Assembly (NCBI GenBank): GCA_051362555.1
Contig: JBPQGU010000016.1
Span: 6,138,001 to 6,202,000, forward strand
DNA: 64,000 bases
Source of the DNA: Lingula anatina
Taxonomy: Eukaryota; Animalia; Brachiopoda
Reading direction: 5' to 3'
Below, piece after piece: positions 1 through 14,383 of the stretch. Under the pieces are notes generated by a model. It was not told the DNA's origin. It was given only the letters and a program-made list of their open reading frames with translations, and did not search any database. Every line of letters starts with the position of its first letter. Position 1 is the stretch's first letter. Both the position numbers and the translations under genes were made by a program.

Positions 1-490
1 TGTACTTTGTTGCGCCATTGACCATTGCAGGAAGATTCCTATGTTTCTACCAGCCGCTACAGCATAGAATCTTTTATTTTCTGACGGCATTATAAACAGC
101 GAAGGTCATCTCAGAGTTCAAACAAAGACCAAGATGGCGTAGTAATGGCCGAAAGCACTTGTGATAGACGGGTAACAAACACGTCAAATATTACATTCGC
201 ATGTCGCGTAAACACAAAACTGTTTGTACTCACATAGTCCAGTGGGTCTATTATACCATATAATCGCTTCGATTCTCCTTTCCCTCTCCTTAATATTTGA
301 TTTAGAAATACATTTCTAGAGAGCGTTTAAAATTTCCTCCTTACTGCTCGCGCATGCGCATTCCAACCCCAAGTTACATCAACTTATGTCAACTTACATC
401 AACTTTCAACTGGAAACAACTGAATCAACTAGAAACAACGTGAAACTCGTTGCGAGAATCTGACGACTTGTCTCTAAAAAAGTTAACATG

Positions 491-607
491 GCACGTGTGT
501 CACGGGTCTATCCTTGGATCCTCAAATATCTTTGGACGACCGCATGAAGTGATGATGTCATAACACAATTACACAAAAACATCGGCACATCTAAAGCAAT
601 GCTGAAG
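491..607 (-). repeat. 117-bp dispersed repeat, inverted copy of 4332-4448
   Basis: GCACGTGTGTCACGGGTCTATCCTTGGATCC...GCTGAAG is the near-exact reverse complement of 4332-4448. Confidence 0.85.
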
Positions 608-1726
608 GTACACGTAATGTCAACAATTCAATACAATTATTTAGTTTATTTTTTATTATTTCTATTATTTTTATTATATTTTTTATTATTTCTTAAATAT
701 CAAAAATAAAAGTATTTTTAAACGTGTTGAATATTATTTATCTATGTAATGAATATGACATGAATATGTGACATCGTAAACACTGTTGTCAAGTAAAATG
801 AAGCGTCTGATACAAAGTATCAAAATGCGGCATTCATGCACGTGCTTACTTGCGGTGCGTTCAGTACACTTTGTTTACACTGACATGTCGAGGTCAGAAA
901 CGCTCATTTTTTCTGTATAAAATTATGCAGTTTTAATTTTGATTATACGGAAGAAATCAACAAATGATGACAAAAACGATTGTGCTTTATTCTTATATTA
1001 CATGAAATAGGCCTACAGGCTAGGAATTAGTTATCCTAGCTTTAACATAAGATTTTGTTATATATACAGTCAGAGAAACGTTTTAATTCTTGGATTCACA
1101 TTTTGCTTGGGTTACTTGAAAATGTTTACAAAACAAAGGTGTAAGTTGCAAAACATGGAACATAAATACAGCTAGATGGAAGGGCACTGCTCATATTCCT
1201 TTGTACAGTACTTCATTATCACAGCGCATTCTAAATTTTCATTTTATCTAGAATTAAATGTGCAAAAAAAAAAAAAAAAAAAAAACGATATAACTATTGC
1301 TAAGACAAAAAAATGTGAAAGGCTTTAGATCATTGATTTCAGAAAATAGCTATGAAACCAATTTTCAGACGAATTTCAATTGAATCTGCATAGTAATTAT
1401 ATGGAGGGAGTAAATCATGTAAGTAAAACTGTCATTTGATAAGAAATCTAAACACCTAGCACACAAATGTATGTTAAATTATATACGCTTTCACAGTTCA
1501 GATTAAAGTCTAGGGCAAGAGAAACATGGGAGTCTTTTTATAATCGAATAAGAGGGAACTATAGAAGAGCTCTACTGAGCTTGCAGCATTGTAGAACAGA
1601 AAACCATACAATTCATTTTCTAATGAAGTGTATTCATTAAAAAAAAACTGATTCCCTTGCACAAACAATGTTTGATTTCTGCTACTTGTTTTCTTAGTCA
1701 ATATTGTGTTTATTTTCTAACATTTT

Positions 1727-4290
1727 TTTTATGTACAGACACAGATGTGTCTGTACATATTGCCATCACCTGCGTCTGTCGTCGCCGTCGCCGTCCCTGT
1801 CGCCGTCCCTGTCGCCGTCGATGTCGCCGTCGCCGTGCACTTTCATCGTTAACACGATAAGTGGAAGACAGTTTTACTTTTTGGCTTTATATTTACAGAG
1901 CTGATGAATATTCATAAAACGCAGGTCAAGTTCGAAAATCAGCATGTTTGGGCAATTATTGTAGTATTTATGCTGTGTTTTCACTTTTTAGCATATATGC
2001 AACACTGTTAACACATTTCAAGGAAAACCGATAGGCCTGTTGTCATGAAACTCACAGGAGTAATTAATCTTACTAAAACGCAGATCAAGTTCGAAAATCG
2101 GCATGATCGGGCCACTATTTTAGTAGTTATGCTGTTTTTTCACTTTTCAGCATATGTGCAACACTGTTAACACATTTCAAGGAAAACCGATAGACCTGTT
2201 GTCATGAAACTCACAGGGATAATTAATCTTACTAAAATGCAGGTCAAGTTCGAAAATCAGCATAATCGGGCCATTATTTTACAAGTTATCCTGTTTTTTA
2301 ACATTTCCTCAGATTCAATTCTTAGGCATGTTAACAGTCTCATTATTATGTACAGACACAGATGTGTCTGTACATATTGCCATCACCTGCGTCTGTCGTC
2401 GCCGTCGCCGTCGCCGATCATGTCGCCGTCGCCGTCGCCGTGCACTTTCAGCGTTAACACCATAAGTGGAAGACAGTTTTACTTTTTGGCTTTATATTTA
2501 CAGAGCTGACTAATATTCATAAAACGCAGGTCAAGTTTGAAAATCAGCATGATCAGGCCATTATTGTAGAATTTATGCTGTTTTTTCACTTTTTAGCATA
2601 TATGCAACACTGTTAACACATTTCAAGGAAAACCGATAGGCCTGTTGTCATGAAACTCACAGGAGTAATCAGTCTTACTAAAACGCAGATCAAGTTCGAA
2701 AATCGGCATGATCGGGCCACTATTTTAGTATTTATGCTGTTTTTTCACTTTTCAGCATATATGCAACACTGTTAACACATTTCAAGGAAAACCGATAGAC
2801 CTGTTGTCATGAAACTCACAGGAGTAATCAATCTTACTAAAACGCAGGTCAAGTTCAAAAATCGGCATGATTGGGCCACTATTTTACTAGTTATGCTGTT
2901 TCTTACACTTTTCAGCATATATGCAACACTGTAAACACAATATAAGAAAAACAGATGGGCCAATTGTCATGAAAGTCACAGGAGTGGTCAATTTTACTAA
3001 AATGCAGGTTGAGTTCATAAATCAGCATAATCGGGCCATTATTTTTGAAGGTATGCTGTTTTTTCACATTTCCTCAGATTCAGTTTTTAGGCATGTTAAC
3101 AGTCTCATTATTAAACTAATAAGATACCTGAAAGTGTTTGTTTGACATTTCCTGCATCTTTACAACATTGTTAGTTGATTTTGTAAAAATGATGGTAAAC
3201 ATGTTATCGTGTATTGTGTAATAAAGTTTCAAAAATGGAAATAAACTCATATCATTGCAGTTTGTCAGATTCAATCATTCACTATGTTCAGAATCTCAGA
3301 ATGGAAGAAATTGGACATTTAACACTGCTCTATTGATATTTTTCTCATCTCATCAATTTTCTTAGTTGATCATATAAAAATGGCAGTAAACTGTTAATTT
3401 TATTTTATGTTAAAAATTGTTAAAAATGGGGAAAAAAACATTTCAGAACAGTGCCGTCTTGTTTACATTTTGGCATTTTCAAGTTGTGACTTTGAAGTTC
3501 CATGGGCCTGAAGACCTTTGCTAGTCACATTTTCTGAATATCCATGATACTAATATTTTATTATTAAAAATTGATGGTCATTATGCTGTTAAACATGTAA
3601 TATTGCATCAAAATTTGAAAAAAACCTATTTTGGGCACTGCTCCCATGATTACCTTTTAAGAAAAACCATGTCACTTACTGTGCTTACAGGAAAGAAACA
3701 TGGGACTAAAATACAGCTTCAGTAGGCAATGCAATCTGCCAGTTAAACAGTTTTTTTGTGAAAATTTAATTTTTCACATATTGGCATTTTCAAGGTGTGA
3801 CTTTGAAGTTCCACAGGCTTGAAGACCCAGGCTAGTCACATTTTCTGAAAATCCATGATACATATATTTTGTTATTAAAAATTGATTGTCATTATGCTGT
3901 TAACCATTATGTAATATTGCATCAGAATAGAAGAAAACACAATTTTGGGTGCTGCTGCCATGATGACCATTATGGGAAAACCATGTTACTAATGATTGCC
4001 AAACTTTCAAAAAAGAAATACAGGACTAAAATGCAGCCTGAGTTGGAAAAGCAGTCTAATTGACTTCTTTTTCTGGAAGTTTTACATTTTCAAAGTGTGA
4101 ACTTGAACTCCCATGGGCCTGAAGCCTTATATTTTTTTCACATTTAACTTACATTGGTATTACCTGTTGAGCATAATTAAAATTTGATGTTGAATTTGCA
4201 GTTTAACATAATGTACTTTTGCATCAGAATTGACAGTAGCCTATTTTGTTATTTCCTGCTTTTTGTCTGTACATTTGACAGCTTTGCTGC
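1727..4290 (+). repeat. Dispersed composite repeat: (GTCGCC)n head, ~140-bp tandem subunits and an AT-rich tail; probable non-autonomous transposon
   Basis: Head ATGTACAGACACAGATGTGTCTGTACAT followed by (GTCGCC)n, then repeated subunits AAAACGCAGGTCAAGTTCGAAAATC. The same sequence recurs at ~8132, ~11612, ~14765 and ~59300. Boundaries are approximate. Confidence 0.85.
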
Positions 4291-4331
4291 CTTGTTTATT
4301 TGAAGTATTGCAGCACTGTTTTGCCAATTCA

Positions 4332-4448
4332 CTTCAGCATTGCTTTAGATGTGCCGATGTTTTTGTGTCATTGTGTTATGACGTCATCACTCCATGCAGT
4401 CGTCCAATGATATTTGAGGATCCAAGGATAGACCCGTGACACACGTGC
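4332..4448 (+). repeat. 117-bp dispersed repeat, inverted partner of 491-607
   Basis: Reverse-complement match to 491-607. Confidence 0.85.
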
Positions 4449-5349
4449 TGGGCAAAAAACTAAATACCATCAACACCGATACTACAATTACGCTCAAGAC
4501 ACTACCAAAAATAGCTACTTGTCAGTTACAGAATCCTCTAGTAACTACAGAGCTTTGCTACTGAGAGGTGTGGTGAGTTTGATACTGGAAGTATCTGACT
4601 GCTGCATTCTGCTTTTACACTCCCTTTTATATGGGCGTGTGCCATATTTGATTGTGAGTAAAATTAAGGCATTCTTCAGTTCGTCAACTACTAAAATTCA
4701 GCTAGCCAAATAATGGTGTCCTTAACGGCAATTATAAGCACAACATAACTAAAAGTCAATTTCAATTAATTAAAATAACCGTAAATTGGCCTCCAATTAC
4801 AGTTAATGAATCATTCTAATTACATTACATAACTTCCTGTTATCGAGTGATATCAGCAGCGAGTTGTTTTCCATTTTATGGGGCTAAAAGTTCGTCAATC
4901 GTTACAATATATTTATATATAAGGCTTGGAAATTTTAACTTAAAGGCCATACATATATACCCTACATATATTTAGCCATCAAACATGTCCTGCTTAACAC
5001 ATCCAGGCTAAAAGGGTGTACCATGCTTAGGTGCAAAACATGCTTAGGAGTTTAATGTGTTGAAAAAATCAGACAAAGCAGGCACTTGGATATTTTTACA
5101 GTGTACGTTATAATTGTGTACCTGTGTTTTGTACCAAAAATAAAAACATTTCAGGTCATTTTAATGTCTTTTCATGCAAGAATGTTGTCTAACAACTGGG
5201 GTTGATATAATGTTGTTATCTGACATTAATACAACGTTTTTATCTGAGGTTGAGTCAACTTTCAAATCCAATGTTAATCCAACATATTATCAACGTTATG
5301 GTTCAACATTGTTTCAATGTTAAAACAACATAATTTGCCCGCTGGGTAG

Positions 5350-5935
5350 TTACTTTTGAACTTGAATGGGATGTCATATGCTGCCAATCTAACTGTGACC
5401 TTGAAATTGACCTACTAATACTTTTCACATTGAACTGAACTTTGCAACGTACTTTCCGTCTTTTGTATCTCCAAAACTGGCATATTTACTATTGGCCTTG
5501 AATGGAAATTTATATACTGGCAATCTAACTGTGACCTTGAAATTGGAAATTGACCTACTTTTCACCATGGACTGAACTTTGCAATTTTTCTTTCAGTAAT
5601 ATCTCCAAAACTAGCAAGGATATGCCCATAGTTACTATTGAACTTGAATAGGAAGTCATATACTGGCAATATGTGATCTTGAAATTGACCTTTGACCTAC
5701 TATTCACCATGAACTGAACTTTGCAAGGTTTCAGTCCCATATATCTCTCCAAAACTGGCAGAGATATGCCCACAGTTACTATTGAACTTGAATTAGAAGC
5801 CATATACTGACAATCTGTGGCCTTATAATTGACCTTAGACCTATACTATTCACCATGAACTGAACTTTGCAACTTTTCTTGGATATGTATCCATTATAAC
5901 TCCGAAAACTGGCAGAGAAATGCCCATATTTACAG
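5350..5935 (+). repeat. Degenerate ~120-bp tandem repeat family
   Basis: Recurrent GAACTGAACTTTGCAAC..ATATCTCCAAAACTGGCAGAGATATGCCCA..TGACCTTGAAATTGACC; also present at ~6670-6780 and 16620-17130. Confidence 0.75.
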
Positions 5936-6986
5936 CACAGGTCTCAAACTACTGCGCATGCGCTGTTTGAAATAAACAAATGGTGAAACAAAGCCTGTCG
6001 GTGTTTACCGTCTGGTTGATTTGATTTAATTTGCTTTCTGGTGTTGTTTTGAGAAATTATATTAGAAATATTTTTTTGATTGTATGTTTTTAAAAGCAAA
6101 TCCATCGGACTTTCCTGATTTACATTGCTTTTGCCGTCATTGTGAGGGGGATTCCCTTCGCATTTGTAGTGTTATATGTGGCCCCAGAGGGATTTTCCAC
6201 CCCTCCCCCACTCTTGATTAATAAAATTCTTCATCTGGAGGATTGTAAATTATATTGCAAAATACATTGAAAATCGTAGGAAGGCTAACTGCAGATAATG
6301 CTGCGAGGATATTCTTAACAGTGGGGGAACTCGGTCAATATAAAATTTTTAACTTCGTTTTACGATTTTGGAGCTCCTTTTTCCAATTTTTGAAAGCGAG
6401 GCAATGGAACCAAACAATGCGATACAATTTGTAATCTCGTAAAAATTACTATTTTTAAATAAAGGTCATAGCATGGAGTACATTGAAATGCGACTTGTTT
6501 ATTATTATGATCTTTAATAATAATTAATATAAAACAAACGATATAATACGTTCTTAACGTTAGCCTATTTATTAGCTTAATTGATTTTTTTTAGTATTTG
6601 GAGATTAAAAACACAAAAGTTGTCTGGTTTCATATCGAGGCACCCTGTTTCGTTCGTGTGCTCATATTTACTATTGAACTTGAATAAGAAGTCCTATACT
6701 GGCAATGTAACTGTGATCTTGATATTGACCTTTGGCCTACTTTTCGCCATGAACAGCACTTCACAAATTTGGATTTAAACTTTTACTTTTCTCCATGATT
6801 TCGTTTTAAATGGTAATTTTCAACAAAAATATTGTTTACTGCATTTTGTAGAGCTTGTCAAGCACAACACTGGAGGTGGTGTCCCTTCTTTTGCTTTTCC
6901 ATACGAATGCACTTACTCCAGCTGGTGGTACAATACCCAGAGGCGGTATCACCCCTCTGATCCTCTGGTTCATTCATTAATTCTAG

Positions 6987-7087
6987 TGCCCCCCAAGCCA
7001 AAGAACACAGTAGGTTTTTTCAAGAAGGAAGTAAGGATGTTCTGCAGTACAACTGGAAGACACAACATTACTTACGAATGGTTCAAG
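6987..7087 (+). CDS. Exon: N-terminal half of an immunoglobulin-superfamily domain
   Basis: ttctag acceptor and AAG|gttagt donor; phase 1 to phase 0. Encodes (V)PPKPKNTVGFFKKEVRMFCSTTGRHNITYEWFK, which has the Ig B-strand Cys and C-strand Trp. Confidence 0.85.
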
Positions 7088-7248
7088 GTTAGTATCCTTT
7101 GGAAGAGTGGGGGTTTTCTGCCACTTTGTTTTTTTTTTAAACTATATTATAGTAATCTCTGCTTTAAAAATTGTCCTTCTAAAAGAATAGCAAAGACAGT
7201 GATGATCATCAGTTTAAATCTACACTCTGAAAAAAAAATTCAGAGAAA

Positions 7249-7500
7249 TTTAAGACTGGGTTCCCATACTTAGATTGATCCATCTGGATCGACCTAACTC
7301 CATGGGGGTTCATGCTTCATTGCTATCAGCTCAAGAGGCTCAAATGTCTGTCACGCCTGCCAAATCAGCGAGGGGTAAAGATAATCACCCCCTCAATAGT
7401 TTTACTAGGTGGACTTTTAAGCCGGTTAGTTTGATAGCAATTTATTGAGACTCCCCATGGAGATAGATCGATCCAAATATCTGTGGGAATGGTCCCGTAC
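7249..7500. mobile_element. ~250-bp MITE-like element in an intron
   Basis: Imperfect terminal inverted repeats (GACTGGGTTCCCA / TGGGAATGGTCCC); a second copy lies in the opposite orientation at 44944-45199. Confidence 0.7.
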
Positions 7501-7722
7501 TTGGGGTAAAAGGTCACACATGAATGCTTACTTATTGGTGTATTGCACCAAATGTAATGAATCCTCTCAGGCAAATATTGTGAAATGAAGATTTTTTTGT
7601 ACTGGAAGTGATTGAATTACTGAAAGCTAATTATCTATATAGAAATGGAGGTTATTGACAGTATAGAAAGAAAATGATGTGAGAAATCAACAATAAATTT
7701 CAACTTAATTCTTGTGCTGCAG

Positions 7723-7930
7723 GGGTCTTCCCGCAATTCTTCCGACTTCCATGACATCTCTCAGGATTCCCGTATAAGTGTGTCCAAAGAGTCTGGGGAG
7801 CTTGTGATCAGGAATCTCCAAAGGCAGGATGAAGGGTTCTACACCTGTGAGGCTGTGGTGGACCAAGGAGACCCGGCCAACCCTGATGATGACGTCTTTG
7901 AGCGTATGACAACTTTCCTCAAAATTGTCG
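7723..7930 (+). CDS. Exon: C-terminal half of the Ig domain
   Basis: ctgcag acceptor and G|gtaagt donor; phase 0 to phase 1, in frame with 6987-7087. Encodes GELVIRNLQRQDEGFYTCEA, containing the Ig DxGxYxC motif. Confidence 0.9.
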
Positions 7931-8131
7931 GTAAGTGTATTCTTAATTTTTTTTAATACATTAGAGTAAAAATTGTGGAAAAAAAATTGTTATTTAAGCA
8001 GCAATAATGCCACAATTTAATAACGTCACAAGCATATAGTGTTGTGTAACAAAGTTTCATGTATGACTAACTTCGGCAGAGTGCTCCTCAACTTTCCGTG
8101 CACTGCAGGTTTTTGATTTTCAATGTAATCT

Positions 8132-9730
8132 AATTATGTACAGACACAGATGTGTCTGTACATGTAGCCATCACCTGAGTCTGTTGTTGCCGTCATCGCT
8201 GTCGTCGCCATCGTCGTGCACTTTTACCGATAACACGATAAGTGGAAAACTGTTTTACTTTTTGGCTTGAAACTTACAGAACTAATGAAAATTCATAATA
8301 TGCAGGTCAAGTTCGAAAATCAGTATGATTGGGCCATTTTTAGGGAAGTTATGCTGTTTTTTCACTTTTTTCAGCATTTATGTAGCACCGATAACATGAT
8401 AAGTGGAAAACCGTTTTACCTTTTGGCTTGAAACTTACAGAACTGATGAAAATTCATAATACGCAGGTCAAGTTCGAAAATCAGCATGATTGGGCTATTT
8501 ATATGGAAGTTATGCAGTTTTTTTACTTTTTTCAGCATTTATGCAACACTGATAACAATATTTGAAAAACCATTTTACCTTTTGGCTGGAAACTTACAGA
8601 ACTGATATATATTCATAATACACAGGTCAAGTTAGAAAATCAGCATAATAGGAACATTTTTATGGAAGTCAGCTGTTTTTTCACTTTTTTCAGCATATAT
8701 GCAACCCTGATAACACGATAAGTGAAAAACCGCTTTACTTTTTGGCTTGAAACTTACAGAACTGATGAATATCTATAGTGGGCAAGTAAAGTTCGAAAAT
8801 TGGCATGATCAGGGCATTTTTTTTAAAGTTTTGCTGTTTTTTTCACTTGTTTTCAGCATTTATGCAACACCTATAACACATTTTAAGGAAAATCGATTGG
8901 CCAATTGTCTTGAAATTCACAGTAGTGAACAGTGTTACTGAAATACAGATTAAGTTTTGAAAGTAAGCTTGATCAGTAAAGGTTTGGTGAAGTTATGCCT
9001 TTTTTGTATATGTATAAGTGTTTTTTCCTCAAATTTAATTCTCAAGCATAGTGGCAGTGAAAGGAAAACCATGTCACTTGCTCTTCTCACACTTACAGGA
9101 AAGAAACATAGGACTGAAATACAGCTTCAGTTGAAAAATTGTCTCATTAGTTAATTGTTTGGAAGTAATACAGGTTTTTTTTGTGAAAATTTTTATCTTT
9201 CACATGTTGCAATTTTCAATGTGGGACTTAGAGCTCCCTTGGGCATGAAGCCCAGTGGTAATCAAATTTTCTTAATGTCCATGTTTTTAATAGTAGATAT
9301 TTAAGATTTGTTGGTAATTATTACAGTTAATCATTATGTAATGTTGCATCAAAATTGGCAAAAAACCTACTTTGTGCTCTGCCACCAATAATATTATGTA
9401 AAGTAAAGTGTTACTTTCTATTTTTTTAACTATTCTTACAAGAATGATTCTTAGGATTGACATACAGCTCATATTAGAAAACCAGCTCTATTGGATTGTC
9501 ATTTTTATTAAATTTATGCATTTTTTTGTGAAATTTTCATTTTTCTCATTCTGGCACTTTCTAATTGTAAACTTGAACTTTGATGGGCCTGAAGCCATAT
9601 GCTTTTACTTTCATCAGTGTTACCTGTTGTGCATAATTAAAATTTGATGTTGACTGTGCAGTTAAACATAATGTATTATTGCATCAGAATTGGCAGTCTC
9701 CTGTATTTGTGCATTATTGTTTTCTGCTTT
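8132..9730 (+). repeat. Diverged copy of the composite ~140-bp-subunit repeat
   Basis: Same head (TGTACAGACACAGATGTGTCTGTACA) and CAGGTCAAGTTCGAAAATCAG subunits as 1727-4290. Boundaries are approximate. Confidence 0.75.
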
Positions 9731-12064
9731 TCTTAAGGTGTGACTTATGGGCCTGAAGAGCTTTGATAGACAAATTTGTGTGGTCAGTCTGTAAATTCCC
9801 CTTGGGTATTCATTGGGCTAATTTCAGTGCTATAAACTCATTTGCCTAATTAAGGGGCCATTAAATGAAATTTCATAAAGCACACTTGTTGATATTTCCC
9901 TGTAAACTCCTAAAGGTTAAGCTCTCTGCTAGATAACATAGTGTCCATAATAAGGAAGCAGTGAATAGCAGTGGAATTATATTTTTGTTGTTTTCTTTTT
10001 AATTTTTTCTCCAACACTGGCATTTTTAAGATGTGATTTTTATTTAACTCCCATCCACCTGAGGCTCTGAACATTTTCAGTATTTCCACATAAGCAGTTG
10101 TATTGGTATTTATGTCTTTAAACATGCTGTAATAATATTTTATGCACTGTCATCATTTTTCATATATTGGGACTTTCATCATGTGAATTTTAACTCTCAT
10201 GGTCCTGAAACTGTAATCTTATTGAAGGGGTGGATTGAGACCATCTTCTGGGTCTCCTGGAAGACAGTCAGATTTTAAAGTTTATATTAATGGGTATCTG
10301 TTGGAAGACCATCAAAATGGAGGATAGATCAACAAAGATACTTTGGTATACTGTCAGAAAATGTCTCTGGATCTGCTCCTGTTATTGACCAGTTACCTCT
10401 TGTGCATGATTGAAAATCAGTGTTGACTGACTGTGCTATTATAAGTATTTATTATTGCATCAAAATTGACAAAATGACTTATTTTGCATCTTTTTTTTTC
10501 TGTTTTTTGTCTGTACATTTGACAGCTTTGCTGCCTTGTTTTTATATTGTTATTAGTTTGATCTCTGTATCTGCTATTCAAATAATGTCTTTTGCAACAT
10601 GAGATTATAACTTTGCTGGTTCACATGTATATTTTATCTAGCTTTCAATTTTGCTCTTTTCCTCCAACTCACCACTGACAGGCTAACATCATTGTTTCAA
10701 AACAACGTTGGTATGATCCTCTACAGTTGGAGTTGGCAGTTTTGCTCCAGGGACGTCTTCGTTTTCACTCATCTTTGCACTGCTTCATACAAAATTTCTG
10801 CTTGCTACTGGATCAAGGGGAAAATGTGTGTAGTAATGCAAGACCTGTGGCATGTAACATGCACAAATTTATTCTTAGGCATGTTAACAGTCTCAGTATA
10901 GAATTAATTGTAACACCTGCGCTGGCAGTAAACATGGTTTTAGTCCCGACCTGTCTCATCAGCTGGCTCAGCTAGCTCCACTGCCATGTCACCATTACCA
11001 CTTCTCCTAGTTCCTAGACTATAAGAGCCTGCATACCCATCTCTTGGATTTTGGTCACATATAATCTCTCGATCCACATAAAATTTGGGCTGGGGTCTAG
11101 GTGTGGCACTCATTGCAATGCACCCTTGCCCAAAATTTACAAAATTAAATGCTAATTATATACCAAACTGAATGAATTACGCGAAAAATTTATATAGATG
11201 GCTGACTGAAAAACAGAGATTCAAGTGTGCCCTAGGATTTGACCTTTGACCTTTATTTCAAGGTCAAACAGGCCAAAATTTTTCTAAAAATGGGAATTTT
11301 TCGCAAAAAAATGTTATATCTGCCGTAAATGCTAGAGACCTCTTGTTTTTTGCATCTTGTAGAGCATGTCAAGCCCAACACTGAAGGTGGTGTCCATTTT
11401 TTTGTTTTCCATACAGTTTACGAGCTGTGCTATATCAAAAAGTACAATGTGGTTGTGAAATACAGTAATGTGCCATAAATTTCAAATGTCAGGAAAAGAT
11501 AACAGGCTTAGTGAGGGACAGACAACTGATCACAAATTACATTATTTCATGAAATTTGAACATCTAGAATTTCTCAGCACCTCCCATTTCATGAATTTTG
11601 ACCAAAACAATCTTTTTATGTATAGACACAGATGTGTCTGTACATATTGCCATCACCTGCGTCTGTTGTCGCCGTCGCCGATGCCGATGCCGTCGCCGTG
11701 CACTTTCCTTGTAAACACGATAAGTGGAGGACAGTTTTACTTTTTGGCTTTATATTTACAGAGCTGATGAATATTCATAAAACGCAGGTTGAGTTCGAAA
11801 ATCAGCATAATCTGGGCATTATTTTAGAAGTTATGCTGTTTTTTCACATTACCTTAGATTCAACTCTTAGGCATGTTAACAGTCTCATTATTGAACTAAT
11901 AAGATACGTAAAAGTGTTTGGTTGACATTTCCTGCATCTTTACAACATTATTAGTTGATTATGTAAAAATGATGGTAAGCTTGTTATCGTGTATTGTGTA
12001 ATAAAGTTTCAAAAATGGAAATAAACTCATATCATTGTAGTTTGTCAGATTCAATCATTTACTA

Positions 12065-13947
12065 CGGTAATGTGCCAAGCATTTCGATGGGCCCAGTCAA
12101 TCCGACCAAAAAAATTATATTATTAAATTAATTTTTCTGGGCTCAAACATTTAGTCCATATGTCAAAATCATGCCACAGAATTTTTTTCTTGTTTCGATT
12201 GTTCGACCACATCGTCGGCAAGCCAGTCATATAGATGCTGCATGCCAGGCCCTTTGTCAATTGTTGTCCTTTCAATAGCTCTTGTCAATGAGAAAGAAAC
12301 TATTAATTGAAGATCCAATCTGGAAGCATGACGTACCTGTCATTTCCTTTGTCCCCGATGACAAAATAGTGTTATAGACTTACAATTTGTGCTAATTAAG
12401 CAGACTTGCCCTCACTGACTGATTCATCACGCCCGAAACTGGGGAAGGGGGGGTTAAAAAAGGTCTTTTCTGGATGAAACCAAATATCGACAGTGGGTAG
12501 AATATGTCGTAAACACCTTCATATAGACCATATATAGCGTTTGCTAGCAATAAAAAGTTTGGGAAGAATAAGCAATTTATTTTCAAGTTTGATTGAAATA
12601 TATATGCAGATGGGGAAACGTTCTTGAAGTCAACACCGCAAGATCTTACATTTACTACAATCGACCGAAAGATCAGCGGGATCGACCGCCCAGACTTCTT
12701 GGCGCCAAATACCACGCGCTGTCAAAATCTGACGAACACGTGTAGCTGTTCACCTACATGGATAACTGATTTGTCAACAATAAAAATGACGTCTTCCATA
12801 ACTCCATGAGAGCTTCATAGAGAGTTCCACTGGATATTTACGTTACCTGTTTATTACGTCACTTTTTATTTCCCCAGTTGCATGAAATGTTGATGATATT
12901 TAGCGTAATCCACGAAGAACTCCATTCCTGTGATCCCCCTCCCCCAAAATGGGACTGTCTTCATTGACATGTGGTTTGCGCTATGCTAGACCAGACCAGA
13001 TAAGACCAGTCTCATTTCTGCATGTGCTCAATGATTCTTGCGTCAAATTATAAATGCGCTTGTTTTGTGAAAATTATGGCAATTAAATGCTTATTTTACG
13101 TTTGGGTTGTATCAGTGGGGTTTTCAATATGCACCGTGGTTTGTGCACAGCAAGAGTATATAAGTAAGAAAATCGGAAGAGTGCCAGCAAGATGGGCCTA
13201 CTGTATGTCTATCGGCACAGGTACTAAGTAGGGTCCGTATTTTGCCTTTTCTCAATATGTTTTAATATGACATGCTTTTTAAATAAAATACTTATAAGTA
13301 ATTTGAAGTTACACTGAATTCCATTTGAGTACCAGTTGGTATTCTTTGATACGGGTGATTGAGTTTTCTACGGAAGTACGTCTACGCAGGGAATTATATC
13401 GGATCCCTGGTCTACGCCTCGATGCTGAGCAAGCCTTGCGGGTTGAAAACAACTGAACTCAGACTGGTAAAAAATTTCAATTCGGTTGATTTCAGTTGGC
13501 ATATTAAAATTCAAATAGGGCATACGGATTTCAAATATAAGTGACCGGCCTTTGTTTACAACACCTGTCTCTGGGGAAATACTCGTCCCACTCGTGAAGC
13601 GCATCATGAAAATGATCGTAGGTGAGGGAAATATATAATTAGAAATTATAATTGTCGTCTTTTTTAATGTTAAGTAATGTTAGCACATATTGTACACAGC
13701 AAAATAAGATTTTAAAAGGAGGATAAAACAAGCCTGAAACACATGTTAGGCGAAAATTGCGGCTTATCTTGCGTAACACTTCCGGTAAAATGCAATACTT
13801 CCAGAAAGATGGACGTTTTGGCAGATGCCCCTAACAATCCGACGATATCAAAGGTTTCCATTTGCTGTATTTTAATCAATTCGACCAAACTGACATTTCC
13901 ATGAAATTAATTAATTAATCTTGGTCGAATTGTTTGGCATATTACCG
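12065..13947. mobile_element. Non-autonomous Tc1/mariner-type DNA transposon
   Basis: 23-bp TIRs CGGTAATGTGCCAAGCATTTCGA / TCGAATTGTTTGGCATATTACCG with 3 mismatches, flanked by a TA duplication. It splits the host-repeat sequence ..ACTATGTTCAGAATC seen intact at ~3281 and ~15525. Confidence 0.85.
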
Positions 13948-14344
13948 TATGTTCAGAATCTCAGAATGGAGGAAATTGGACATTTAACACTGCTGTATTG
14001 ATATTTTTCCCATCTCTTCAATTTTCTTAGTTGATTGTATAAAAATGGCAGTAACCTGTTAATTTTGTTTTATGTTAAAAAATTGTTAAAAATGGGAAAA
14101 AAAATTCAGAACAGTGCTGTCTTGTTTACATTTTGGCATTTTCAAGGTATGACTTTGAAGTTACATGGGCCTGAAGACCTTTGTTAGTCACATTTTCTGA
14201 ATATCCATGATACTAATATTTTATTATTAAAATTGATGGTCATTATGCTGTTTAACATTATGTAATATTGCATCAAAATTTGAAAAAAACCTATTTTGGG
14301 CACTGCTCCCATGATGACCATTTAAGAAAAACCATGTCACTTAC

Positions 14345-14345
<1 letters not shown>

Positions 14346-14383
<38 letters not shown>

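Noticed and set aside
1657-3145. Protamine-like (CRRRRR) and SPSPSP ORFs, and similar ORFs at 11468, 14909 and 59311
   Set aside because: They are translations of the (GTCGCC)n tract and repeat subunits, and frames differ between copies.
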